64,000 nt of DNA from a bacterium (GTDB lineage Bacteria; Desulfobacterota; DSWW01): positions 64,001-128,000 of the forward strand of contig JBFLZG010000087.1 in the NCBI GenBank assembly GCA_040756235.1, in the 5' to 3' direction. The first letter of the stretch is position 1. Each line of letters opens with the position of its first letter. Both the position numbers and the translations under genes were made by a program. The notes beneath the pieces are model-generated. The model did not search any database. It was not told the origin of the DNA and saw only the letters and a program-made list of their open reading frames with translations. This document shows positions 1-7,990 of the stretch, in pieces.

Positions 1-232
1 CGCCTTGCGTCCAGCGCACGGCAGTCAGCTCCCTCTCCCGGTCGAAGCGAACGAACAGGTAGCCGGGGAAGAGGGGTTTCAGGCAGGCGACCGCCCGGGC
101 TCCGGCGAGCCGCTGCGCTTCCATCATCGGCAGGTAGACCTGGAATCCCTTCTGCTCGAGGAAATACCTGGCCCGAGCCTCTTCTTTCGGGTTGCTCTGG
201 CACACAAACCAGGGTCTGTCTAGGGCGCGCAT
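1..232 (-). CDS. NusG paralog / RfaH-UpxY-like antitermination factor (3' part runs off the window)
   Basis: Not in ORF track; hand translation from ATG at 232 gives MRALDRPWFVCQSNPKEE...YLP...KPLFPGYLFVRF...VRWTQG, the NGN domain signature; lies inside a polysaccharide operon. Confidence 0.85.
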   Translation of the reverse strand, partial: MRALDRPWFVCQSNPKEEARARYFLEQKGFQVYLPMMEAQRLAGARAVACLKPLFPGYLFVRFDRERELTAVRWTQG

Positions 233-492
233 TTGGCCTGCTCGCCGCAGCTCAGTTTACGAGTCACGAAGGCAGAGAGGTTGGCGATCGAATCCAGGTT
301 CTCAGGTACCAGCTCTTCGTCGGCAACCGCGATGCCGTAGGTGTCCTCGATGAACTGGATGATTTCGAGAATCCCGGTCGAGTCCACGGCACCGGTTTCC
401 AGGAAAGAAGCGGCATCTTCGAGGTGCCGCTGCTTGGAGGCCGGCAGGAAGTTGTCCTGGATGAACGTTCGAATGGTCGAAGGGATATCCAT
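220..492 (-). CDS. acyl carrier protein
   Basis: 90 aa, acidic, GAVDSTG phosphopantetheine-site motif, ENLDSI. Confidence 0.9.
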   Translation of the reverse strand: MDIPSTIRTFIQDNFLPASKQRHLEDAASFLETGAVDSTGILEIIQFIEDTYGIAVADEELVPENLDSIANLSAFVTRKLSCGEQAKCAP

Positions 493-568
493 GCTTAGCC
501 TTTCGCCTTCCGCGGGCTTGCGGAGCCTGGATCCTGACGGGGTCGACGGACCCGCTCGCTCGGCTCCC

Positions 569-1975
569 TCACCTCGCTCCTTTGCCTGTCAGCACCACCT
601 TCACCGTGTCGAATATAATAGATAAGTCGAACAAAAAGGACATGTGCTTGATGTAGTAAAGGTCATATTGGAGCTTTTCCTTGGTGTCGTCTCTGGAGGC
701 CCCGTAGTGGAACTTGATCTGGGCCCAGCCGGTGACGCCCGGTTTGACGAAAAGCCTCTGAGGGTAGTAGGGGATTTCCCTTGCCAGATCCTGGATGAAG
801 CACCTTCTCTCGGGCCTGGGGCCCACGATGCTCATGTCCCCCTTCAGGACGTTGAGGAGCTGGGGCAATTCGTCGATGCGGTACTTGCGGATGAAACGTC
901 CCACCCGGGTCACGCGAGGGTCGTCTTGCTCCGCCCAGACGGCCCCGCGGGCTTCGGCGTTCTCGATCATGGACCGGAACTTGTAGATCGTGTAGTCCTT
1001 CCAACCCTCGCCTACCCGGTCCTGCTGGTAGATGACAGGCCCCTTGGAGTCGAGCTTGATGAGGAGAGCGATCAGCAGCATCAAGGGTGAAGTCACGAGC
1101 AAGATGGCTGCAGCCATGAGGATGTCGCTGGTGCGCTTGAGCTGCAGGGTCAGTTTGCTCTTGTGAAACCCTTCGGTGAAGATGAACCAACTGGGCCGCA
1201 CGTTGTCGAGTAGGATCTTGCCGGTAAGACTCTCATAGAAGGAAGCATCCTCCTCGACCTGGATCCCCTGGAACCGACAGTCGAGAAGCGCCTCGAAGGG
1301 CAGCTTTCCCCTTCTGTCGCCGATGGCAACCACGATGCGATCCACCGGGATCGACTTCATCTTGTCCGGGAACTCCTGCAGCGCCAGGACATGTTCCACG
1401 GGCAGCCGATGGGGAGCCTGGCCCTCCAGGGGCGGCCGCTCGACGGCCATCGCCACGACGCGATAGCCGGAGTCGCGGATGGCCTCGATTTCCTCGAGGA
1501 TCTTCTGGCCGGTCTCCTTGCTGCCGAGCAGGAGGACCCTTTCCGCGAAGGCTTCCGACCGTATGATTCTCGGATAGACCTGGCGCCAGACCAGCACGGC
1601 GAGGATGACGGTCGGCAGAGCCAGCAGGAAGTTGGTCTGGCCGATGCTCGCGGAGCTGAAGAACAGGTAGAGAATACTCAGAACGATACAGCCGATGCCC
1701 ATGGACTGAAGCAGTCGGATGGTAAACTCTCTGCGGCCCTGGGCGATCTTGTAGTCATAGAGCTCGTTGCCGTACATGGAGATCTGGCAGACGACCACGA
1801 CGATGAGGACTTTCCAAAAGGTCCGGTTGGTGCTCAGGAGCCAGAGTCCTTCTCCGCGGTGGTGCAGCAGGAACGTGGCCAGGCAGACCCCGTAGACGCA
1901 GCCGAAGATGAGCAGGAACTCGAAGGAGACGAGAAAGAACTTCAAGCGCGATATGTTGCGGCTAAAAATCCACAT
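569..1975 (-). CDS. priming sugar transferase (exopolysaccharide, PEP-CTERM-system type)
   Basis: 4 N-terminal TM segments; KFRSM, DPRVTRVG, IDELPQ, VGPRPER, KPGVTGWAQ, DLYYIKH motifs. Confidence 0.92.
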   Translation of the reverse strand: MWIFSRNISRLKFFLVSFEFLLIFGCVYGVCLATFLLHHRGEGLWLLSTNRTFWKVLIVVVVCQISMYGNELYDYKIAQGRREFTIRLLQSMGIGCIVLSILYLFFSSASIGQTNFLLALPTVILAVLVWRQVYPRIIRSEAFAERVLLLGSKETGQKILEEIEAIRDSGYRVVAMAVERPPLEGQAPHRLPVEHVLALQEFPDKMKSIPVDRIVVAIGDRRGKLPFEALLDCRFQGIQVEEDASFYESLTGKILLDNVRPSWFIFTEGFHKSKLTLQLKRTSDILMAAAILLVTSPLMLLIALLIKLDSKGPVIYQQDRVGEGWKDYTIYKFRSMIENAEARGAVWAEQDDPRVTRVGRFIRKYRIDELPQLLNVLKGDMSIVGPRPERRCFIQDLAREIPYYPQRLFVKPGVTGWAQIKFHYGASRDDTKEKLQYDLYYIKHMSFLFDLSIIFDTVKVVLTGKGAR

Positions 1976-1992
1976 GAGTGGGCCTTTGGCTC

Positions 1993-2733
1993 TTAGCAGC
2001 GGGATTCTTCGTCCGAGTCCTGGTCGTAACGATAGTCATAGCCATAGGTGTAGCTGTAGTAGGAGGAATACTGCTTCTTGGCCCCGTTGAAGACGACTCC
2101 GAGGATCTTCTTGCCTTCGGTGCATTCCAGTGCCGCCTTGACCGTGTCCTTCGATGCGCTGCCTGCGCGGACCACGAGGAGGACCGCGTCCGCCAGATCG
2201 GAGAGAAAATCCTGATCCAGGATCGGCAGAATGGGCGGGCTGTCTGCCACGACCAGGTCGAAGCCGGCCCTGAGCTGATTGAGAATCGGCTCGAGTTTTT
2301 TGCTGTACAAGAAGGGATACAGATCTCCCTCGATCCGGCCGGCGGGGAAGACCGAGAGATTGGGCCTGGAATCGTCCGCCCGGGTCATGACTTCACGCAG
2401 CGCGCGTTCTCCGCGCAGGACCGAGGCGACCCCGGGCCCGGATCGAATGCCCAGGTAACGGGCGACCCGGGGCTTGCGGAAATCACAGTCCACCAGGGCC
2501 ACATTCTTCGTCGGGTCCTCGGCCATGGCGAACGCCAGATTGATCCCGGTCAGCGTCTTGCCTTCAGACCCCTGTGCGCTCGTGATGCAGAGCACCTGGC
2601 TGCCGTTCTGTTGGAGCAGGTAGAGGATCTTCCGGTACAACCTGCGATAGGCCTCCAGGTGAGGGGACTGCGGGTCCGAGAGGGACAGGACAAGCGGGTG
2701 CCTCGAGGGACGGGCTGCTTTTCTGGAGAACAT
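1993..2733 (-). CDS. CpsD/CapB-family BY tyrosine kinase
   Basis: EAYRRL, Walker A EGKT, LVDCDFRKP, DSPP, C-terminal Tyr cluster YSSYYSYTYGYDYRY. Confidence 0.92.
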   Translation of the reverse strand: MFSRKAARPSRHPLVLSLSDPQSPHLEAYRRLYRKILYLLQQNGSQVLCITSAQGSEGKTLTGINLAFAMAEDPTKNVALVDCDFRKPRVARYLGIRSGPGVASVLRGERALREVMTRADDSRPNLSVFPAGRIEGDLYPFLYSKKLEPILNQLRAGFDLVVADSPPILPILDQDFLSDLADAVLLVVRAGSASKDTVKAALECTEGKKILGVVFNGAKKQYSSYYSYTYGYDYRYDQDSDEESRC

Positions 2734-2794
2734 TCTTCCAGGACCTTTTCCCGGCTGCCTGCTCTCCGCAGAATCGGAGGAGGCATGAACGCCG

Positions 2795-4384
2795 TTACAG
2801 GAGAAGGGATGTGATTTTCGAAGCCAGCTCGTCGATCCTCATGACGAACAGGTGGATGCCAAGCACGAGGGTCACAAGGAAGCCGCAGGAGAAGGAAACC
2901 GTGGCGATCCTGCGCGTCATGCTCCTGCGGATGCTCTCCCGGGTTTCGAGAACGGGAATGATGCCGACCACCGGCAGCGCAAAGGCAGCCTTGAGGTCCT
3001 CCACTTTCTTGAACGAGCGGTCCATGTAATCCGCCGCGAACGCCAACCCGGCACCGCAGCCGAGGCCGAGGGCCAGCCCCAGGCCCAGCAGGCGGAGGCG
3101 GTTCGGCTTCACCGGCTTCTGCGGGTAATTGGCCGGGTCCAGGACGTGGAACTGTTCGCTCTTCTGCCGGGTCTCCAGGTTCTCGGCGATCTCCGCGTTG
3201 ATCTTCCTGGCCATCATCGAGTCATAGCTCTGCTTGATGGTATCGTAATCCCTGGTGAGGATCGTCAGCTCCTGTTCCCTCTTCGGAACGTTTTCGATGC
3301 GCTGCTGGAGCCTCCTCATCCTGAGGTTCAGGCTTTCGAGCTCCTCCCGCTGGTTCTCAATGGCCGAGAGATTCGCGTCCACCTGGCTCCGGATCCGCGT
3401 CCAGGCCGGGTTCAGGGCGGGCGCGTCCTCCTGCGGCTGCTGATTTCCCGGGGCCCTGCCGAGGGCCGCAACTCTCCTCTCGAGCTCCTGGATCTCCTTC
3501 TTCACGCGTACGACATCCGGGTAGAGCTCCGTGTACCGGGTCTTGAGCGAGGTCAGCTCCTGCCTCTTGGATTCGAGCTGCCGAAAGATGTCGGTCTGGT
3601 CGGTCCCGGTGCCGGCGAGGTACTGGACGGTCCCGGAAAGCTCCCGCTCGAGAAGGATCTGACGGTCTTCGGAGTTGCGGTGAGCTTCCATGAGAGAGGT
3701 CTTCTGCTGCTGCAGTTGTTCCAGGGCCCTGAGGTTCGCCTCCTGCTGTTCGGGCAGCTCGCCCATGTGGGCCTGCTTGAACTGCTGGATCTCCGCCTCC
3801 CGCGCCCTGAGGTTCTGCTCGATTTCCTGGAGTTGTCGCTCGAGGAACTCCTTGGTCCCCCGGGCCTGGGTCTCCCTGACCTTGAGGTTTTCCTCGATGT
3901 ACATCATGGCCAGCCGATTCGTGACTCTCTGGACGACTTCCGGTTCTTCTCCGTGGTAGGCCAGCTTGAAAGCCGCCGCGGAAGCGCCTGTTCCGCGGGC
4001 GTTCGGCCGCTCCTCGACCCGGATCTCTATCTGCTTCCTCATGGAGTTGACGACATCCTCCATCGGGGCCTGCCGCTGCATCTCGGCATACAGGCCCAGC
4101 TCCCGGATGACCGCTTCGAGCGTCGTGCGGCTCAGGATCTGCTGGCTGATCGTGTTCAGCCGGTCTTGCACGGACCCGGTGACCGTGGACTGGACATAGT
4201 CCTCCGGCACCTGCTGCGGCTCGACCAGAATGGTGGTCTCGGATCGATACACGGCGGGCAGCGCCACGCAGAGATAGACGCTCGCCGCCAACGCGATGGT
4301 GAAGGGCGTGATGATCAGCCACTTCCTTCTGCGCGCCATGTCGAGGTAGTGGAGGAGAGGGTTCGTATCCTGTTCCGGTTCCAT
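2795..4384 (-). CDS. polysaccharide chain-length determinant / co-polymerase (GumC/Wzc N-part)
   Basis: RRKWLI TM, PAVYRSETTILVE, long coiled coil, LDPANYPQKPVKPNR + TM; start placed at ATG 4384 after GAGGA. Confidence 0.9.
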   Translation of the reverse strand: MEPEQDTNPLLHYLDMARRRKWLIITPFTIALAASVYLCVALPAVYRSETTILVEPQQVPEDYVQSTVTGSVQDRLNTISQQILSRTTLEAVIRELGLYAEMQRQAPMEDVVNSMRKQIEIRVEERPNARGTGASAAAFKLAYHGEEPEVVQRVTNRLAMMYIEENLKVRETQARGTKEFLERQLQEIEQNLRAREAEIQQFKQAHMGELPEQQEANLRALEQLQQQKTSLMEAHRNSEDRQILLERELSGTVQYLAGTGTDQTDIFRQLESKRQELTSLKTRYTELYPDVVRVKKEIQELERRVAALGRAPGNQQPQEDAPALNPAWTRIRSQVDANLSAIENQREELESLNLRMRRLQQRIENVPKREQELTILTRDYDTIKQSYDSMMARKINAEIAENLETRQKSEQFHVLDPANYPQKPVKPNRLRLLGLGLALGLGCGAGLAFAADYMDRSFKKVEDLKAAFALPVVGIIPVLETRESIRRSMTRRIATVSFSCGFLVTLVLGIHLFVMRIDELASKITSLLL

Positions 4385-4480
4385 CCTATCCTCAGCGAAG
4401 CTTTCGTAGCGTGTGGGCATGGGAAAGGTCTCCGGTCGTTCCGGTTGCCCCACAGGAATCGGCACTTTCCTGGTTTTCCT

Positions 4481-5080
4481 TTACGGGACGACGATCGTAT
4501 CCCCCGGCTTGAGGTAGATATCCCGCTCCGCGGCCTGGTCGGACAAAACCTCGTCGAAATCCACTTCGATGACCTCGGAAAAGCCCTTCCATTTCCTGTA
4601 CACCTGGATCTTGCTCTTCTTGGCGAACTCGGTGAACCCGCCTGCCATGGCGACGGCCTGCGAGATCGTGGTATGGGTGCGGATCGGGTACACGCCGGGG
4701 GTGCGGACTTCCCCTTGAATGTAGTAGCGCCAGCTGTTGATCTGCTGCACGATCACGGCGACATGCGGATCCTCCGTGTAGGGCTTCAGACCCGCACGGA
4801 TCCTTGCCTTCAATTCCTCCGGGGTCAAACCCGCTGCCTGGATGTCGTTGACGAGGGGAAGGCTGATCTTGCCGTCGGGCCGTACCGTCACCGTACGGCT
4901 GAGATCCTGGTTCTGCCAGACCGAGATTTCCAGCACGTCCTCCGGCCCGATTACGTAGGCCTCGAAGGATCCCTGTTCGTGAGGAGGCTGAGAAACCGAT
5001 TCGTTGGTGGCGGCACACCCGAAAGCGAAGAGAGAAGGGAGGGAAAGGCAGAGGCAGACGAGGACGGATCGTCGCACCAT
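4481..5080 (-). CDS. polysaccharide export lipoprotein (Wza-like)
   Basis: lipobox FGC, YVIGPEDVL, VRPDGKISLP, GEVRTPG, LKPGDTIVVP; the longer ORF-track start lies in a repeat. Confidence 0.9.
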   Translation of the reverse strand: MVRRSVLVCLCLSLPSLFAFGCAATNESVSQPPHEQGSFEAYVIGPEDVLEISVWQNQDLSRTVTVRPDGKISLPLVNDIQAAGLTPEELKARIRAGLKPYTEDPHVAVIVQQINSWRYYIQGEVRTPGVYPIRTHTTISQAVAMAGGFTEFAKKSKIQVYRKWKGFSEVIEVDFDEVLSDQAAERDIYLKPGDTIVVP

Positions 5081-5223
5081 GGCGTGTCTCCGGGCTTCGA
5101 AAGTGCAGGGTCGAGGTCTTCGGGAGGACCGGGAACGGGCGCAGGTTCGACCAGCCGTCAGGCGCCGGTCGTGCAGCAGGCGGCCCCCCCATCTGTGCGA
5201 GGGTGTCGAAAACACCCTCTTGT

Positions 5224-5382
5224 GAGGCTGTTGAGAAATGCCCCGATGCAGGGCGCGCGAAATCCCGAGGAATGAGGCGTAGCTGGGGGTAGCAGTGGAC
5301 CCCGGCCTCCGCCGGGGCGGGTTCCCCCAACCTCCATCCTCCATGAGCGCAACGCCGCAGATGGGCGTTTCTCGACAGCCTC
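5224..5382. repeat. MITE-like hairpin element, copy A (with internal REP-like insert)
   Basis: ends GAGGCTGTTGAGAAATGCCC / GGGCGTTTCTCGACAGCCTC; core shared with five other copies. Confidence 0.85.
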
Positions 5383-5630
5383 TGTGCAGGGGCGATTATA
5401 GACATAACCGGGTGGTGGATCAACCGCTCTGTCGAAGCAGGAAAACTGAATGAAATTGTGCTGATTACGCGCCTTGGATCGGTTCCGTGCCGCGCCCGGC
5501 AGAGGCGCGGAGCGGAACCGGTTACAGGAATGCGCCTCCGCCGCCGGACAGAAGGACCGCGGGAGGCCGAGGGCGGGGGTCGTTTCCCTCTGGCAGGGCG
5601 GTTCCTCGATCTCGCTACGAGATCGACCGC

Positions 5631-5676
5631 AAGAAAAAAGAACCTGCCTTCTTGGCAAGGCAGGTTCTTTTTTCTT
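5631..5676. terminator. bidirectional rho-independent terminator
   Basis: AAGAAAAAAGAACCTGCCTT ... AAGGCAGGTTCTTTTTTCTT downstream of the PEP-CTERM gene. Confidence 0.85.
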
Positions 5677-5717
5677 GCAGGACTCGGGCAGGCACCCGCG
5701 CGGAACGCGGGCGGGCT

Positions 5718-6284
5718 CTACTTCTTCCTGAGCAATGCTGCCGCACCCAGCAGCCCGCTGCCGAGGAGCACCATGGTTCCAGGCTCCGGGACAGGGGCCT
5801 GGGCCTGGCCGTTGTCGTAGGTCAGGCGCAGAACGGAGCTGGTCACGTAGAAATCCCCCAGGAATGCGACGATCGTGACCCCGAGGGTGCCGTTATCCGT
5901 GATTTGAGCGATGTCCACGTTGAAGATCTGAGATCCGCCGACGGGGAGCCCGTCACCGTTCCACCACTCACCTTCGGTGTAGACGAAGCCGTATTCAAAG
6001 TTCCGGTCCATGTCATCCCGAGTCGTGATCGTCAACGTGGCGTTGAGGAGACCTGCCGTATCGAAGACGTCCCCGGGGAAGGAGCTTCCCGAGCTGGGGT
6101 GGGTGTAATCCAGCCGCGCATTCGGGCCGAAACCGAGGAAGCCCTTGAGGTATCCGTTGTTACGGAAATCCTCCTGTGTGAGCTCGTCCACGACGGTGAT
6201 GGGCAGTGCGGTTGCGAGTGTCGGCAGGACGAGCGCACCCAGCAGCAGCAACAAGGAGCAAGTGATTTGTACTCGGTTTCTCAT
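5718..6284 (-). CDS. PEP-CTERM sorting domain protein
   Basis: signal peptide; C-terminal VPEPGT + TM helix + RKK. Confidence 0.95.
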   Translation of the reverse strand: MRNRVQITCSLLLLLGALVLPTLATALPITVVDELTQEDFRNNGYLKGFLGFGPNARLDYTHPSSGSSFPGDVFDTAGLLNATLTITTRDDMDRNFEYGFVYTEGEWWNGDGLPVGGSQIFNVDIAQITDNGTLGVTIVAFLGDFYVTSSVLRLTYDNGQAQAPVPEPGTMVLLGSGLLGAAALLRKK

Positions 6285-6520
6285 GGCCGTCCCTTTCTTT
6301 TCATAACTTTGTTAGGATAATCTTGGTAATGGAAATGAGAACGTACTATACTTGCGCGAACATTCGTTGTCAAGCAAAGGTGTTATATCATTTACTTTCG
6401 GGACTGACCCAGGATTGTCAAACATCGGAAGAGAGCCTTACTGCTTCGATGCTGTTCCTGTTCAAAAGAATGCTTCACCCCGGTTCGAATCACCCTGTAA
6501 CAGTTGCGATAGGCACCCAC

Positions 6521-6536
6521 TGCAATCAAGGTGCCA
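6521..6536 (-). promoter_or_regulatory. sigma54 (-24/-12) promoter for the PEP-CTERM gene
   Basis: minus strand TGGCAC-CTTGA-TTGCA. Confidence 0.8.
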
Positions 6537-6576
6537 TCTCCATTCAGGTCATGAACAGGTACCCATATGCACATGG

Positions 6577-6589
6577 TAAGGTATTGATA
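6577..6589 (-). promoter_or_regulatory. IHF site
   Basis: minus strand TATCAATACCTTA matches WATCAANNNNTTR, just upstream of the sigma54 promoter. Confidence 0.55.
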
Positions 6590-6879
6590 TGATTGGATGT
6601 ATTCATTTGAAACAACGCCTCGCTCGAGGGTGTCTTACGCGACGGTCCTGCCCTGTGTGAATAGGTGGGCGTACCCAAAAAAGGTAAAAATTTTCCCGGC
6701 GAACAGGCGCTCGCGGCACTACCTTCACGGGGGGGTCGGTCTTGCATGCAAAAGGGCCTGTCACCCTGGGCGACCCGAGCCGATTCGGTTTGACTTTCGT
6801 GAAGGCTCACGGATAACTAAATATGTTCTTAGCCTGAAGATCGCCTCGCTGCGGCCTTCCCGCGATCCCGGATCGACAC

Positions 6880-7470
6880 ATGAAGAAAAGCCGAAAAAAA
6901 CGCAAGACCATATGGAAGAGGGCCGCCTCCTTCGTCGTGTTCCTCGGCACGGCAGCCTTTCTCTATGTCAACAGGTGCGATCTGTTAGCCACCGCTGTGG
7001 ACTACCTGCGCGGAAATGCAGGGCCTGCCCAGATCGATGACAAAGCCGATCTTCCCTCCGGCCGGACATGGTGCGAGAGGCCTGCCCGGGTTATCGGCAT
7101 ACCGGACTACACGAATCTCGTCCACGTATCGTCAGATGGATGGAAGATCACCTGTTTCCGGCTCCTCGACTTTGAAAACCGACTGATCGTCTGCAGTCCG
7201 CACGGTCTGAAACAGCCGCGGGACATCGAGGAGATCATCCGCAAGCGCTCTCTGGAAGGCCGACTCTCCTTGCTGCGGACAAGCCCTCTCGGGGCCACCC
7301 TGCGGAGCAGGTTCAGCAGCAGGGTCGGGGTGGAGTTGCCGGAGGACGCTTTCCTGCTGCGGGAGGACAGCCCGTCCGGCCGTTCTCCCTTGTGGACTGC
7401 GGCATTGACCGCGGCTGTGGTGCTTTTCTGTTTCTCCCTCGGCAGTCTAGTGCGCGGCTTCAGGCAGTGA
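6880..7470 (+). CDS. hypothetical membrane protein
   Basis: basic N-terminus + TM, C-terminal TM; fills the gap between flanking genes. Confidence 0.6.
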   Translation: MKKSRKKRKTIWKRAASFVVFLGTAAFLYVNRCDLLATAVDYLRGNAGPAQIDDKADLPSGRTWCERPARVIGIPDYTNLVHVSSDGWKITCFRLLDFENRLIVCSPHGLKQPRDIEEIIRKRSLEGRLSLLRTSPLGATLRSRFSSRVGVELPEDAFLLREDSPSGRSPLWTAALTAAVVLFCFSLGSLVRGFRQ

Positions 7471-7603
7471 CCCTGAGGCCCGAAGCTCGCCTCTCCCGGA
7501 GGGATTGGAAAAAAGCGGGCAATGGAATACAATGGACCCGTTCGATCGGGGCGAGATGCTCGGTCCCGGTTTGGAGACGTCGCAAAGAAGGAGGCGGACC
7601 TAC

Positions 7604-7822
7604 ATGCGGAAAGAGGTCGAAGAGGCATTGGCCAAGATCAGGCCGATGTTACAGGCGGATGGAGGGGACGTGGAGTTGGTGGAGGTAGACGACGGAGTCG
7701 TCAAGGTTAGGCTGCGAGGGGCCTGTGCCGGTTGCCCTGGGGCCCAGATGACCCTCCGGATGGGTGTGGAGAAACGGCTCAAGCAGGATGTTCCAGGTGT
7801 GAAGAGCGTGGTGGCGGTCTAG
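7604..7822 (+). CDS. NifU/NfuA C-terminal domain protein
   Basis: IRPMLQADGGDVEL, GACAGC; AAGGAGG RBS before ATG 7604. Confidence 0.92.
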   Translation: MRKEVEEALAKIRPMLQADGGDVELVEVDDGVVKVRLRGACAGCPGAQMTLRMGVEKRLKQDVPGVKSVVAV

Positions 7823-7882
7823 TCGTCCTACTGCCGGGAAGCTATCTGCCGCCGCCGCTTAGCCATTGAGATGGGACAGCTG

Positions 7883-7920
7883 AGGCCTTCGCCCTTGACG
7901 AGTGGCGAAGGCCTTTTTTT
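7883..7920 (+). terminator. rho-independent terminator
   Basis: AGGCCTTCGCC...GGCGAAGGCCT followed by a T run. Confidence 0.8.
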
Positions 7921-7934
7921 GACTCTCCTTCGGG

Positions 7935-7988
7935 TTGACACGCACAATATCTTGTGCTCCAATTTAGTAGTAACACAACATGAGGTAT
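7935..7988 (+). promoter_or_regulatory. sigma70 promoter with two NrdR boxes
   Basis: TTGACA 7935-7940; GCACAATATCTTGTGC 7942-7957 and weaker ACACAACATGAGGTAT 7973-7988, 31 bp apart. Confidence 0.75.
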
Positions 7989-7990
7989 GA

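Noticed and set aside
6285..6520. c-di-GMP riboswitch or small ORFs in the PEP-CTERM leader
   Set aside because: No GEMM-type motif seen; the short ORFs in this AT-rich stretch lack RBS and coding-like composition
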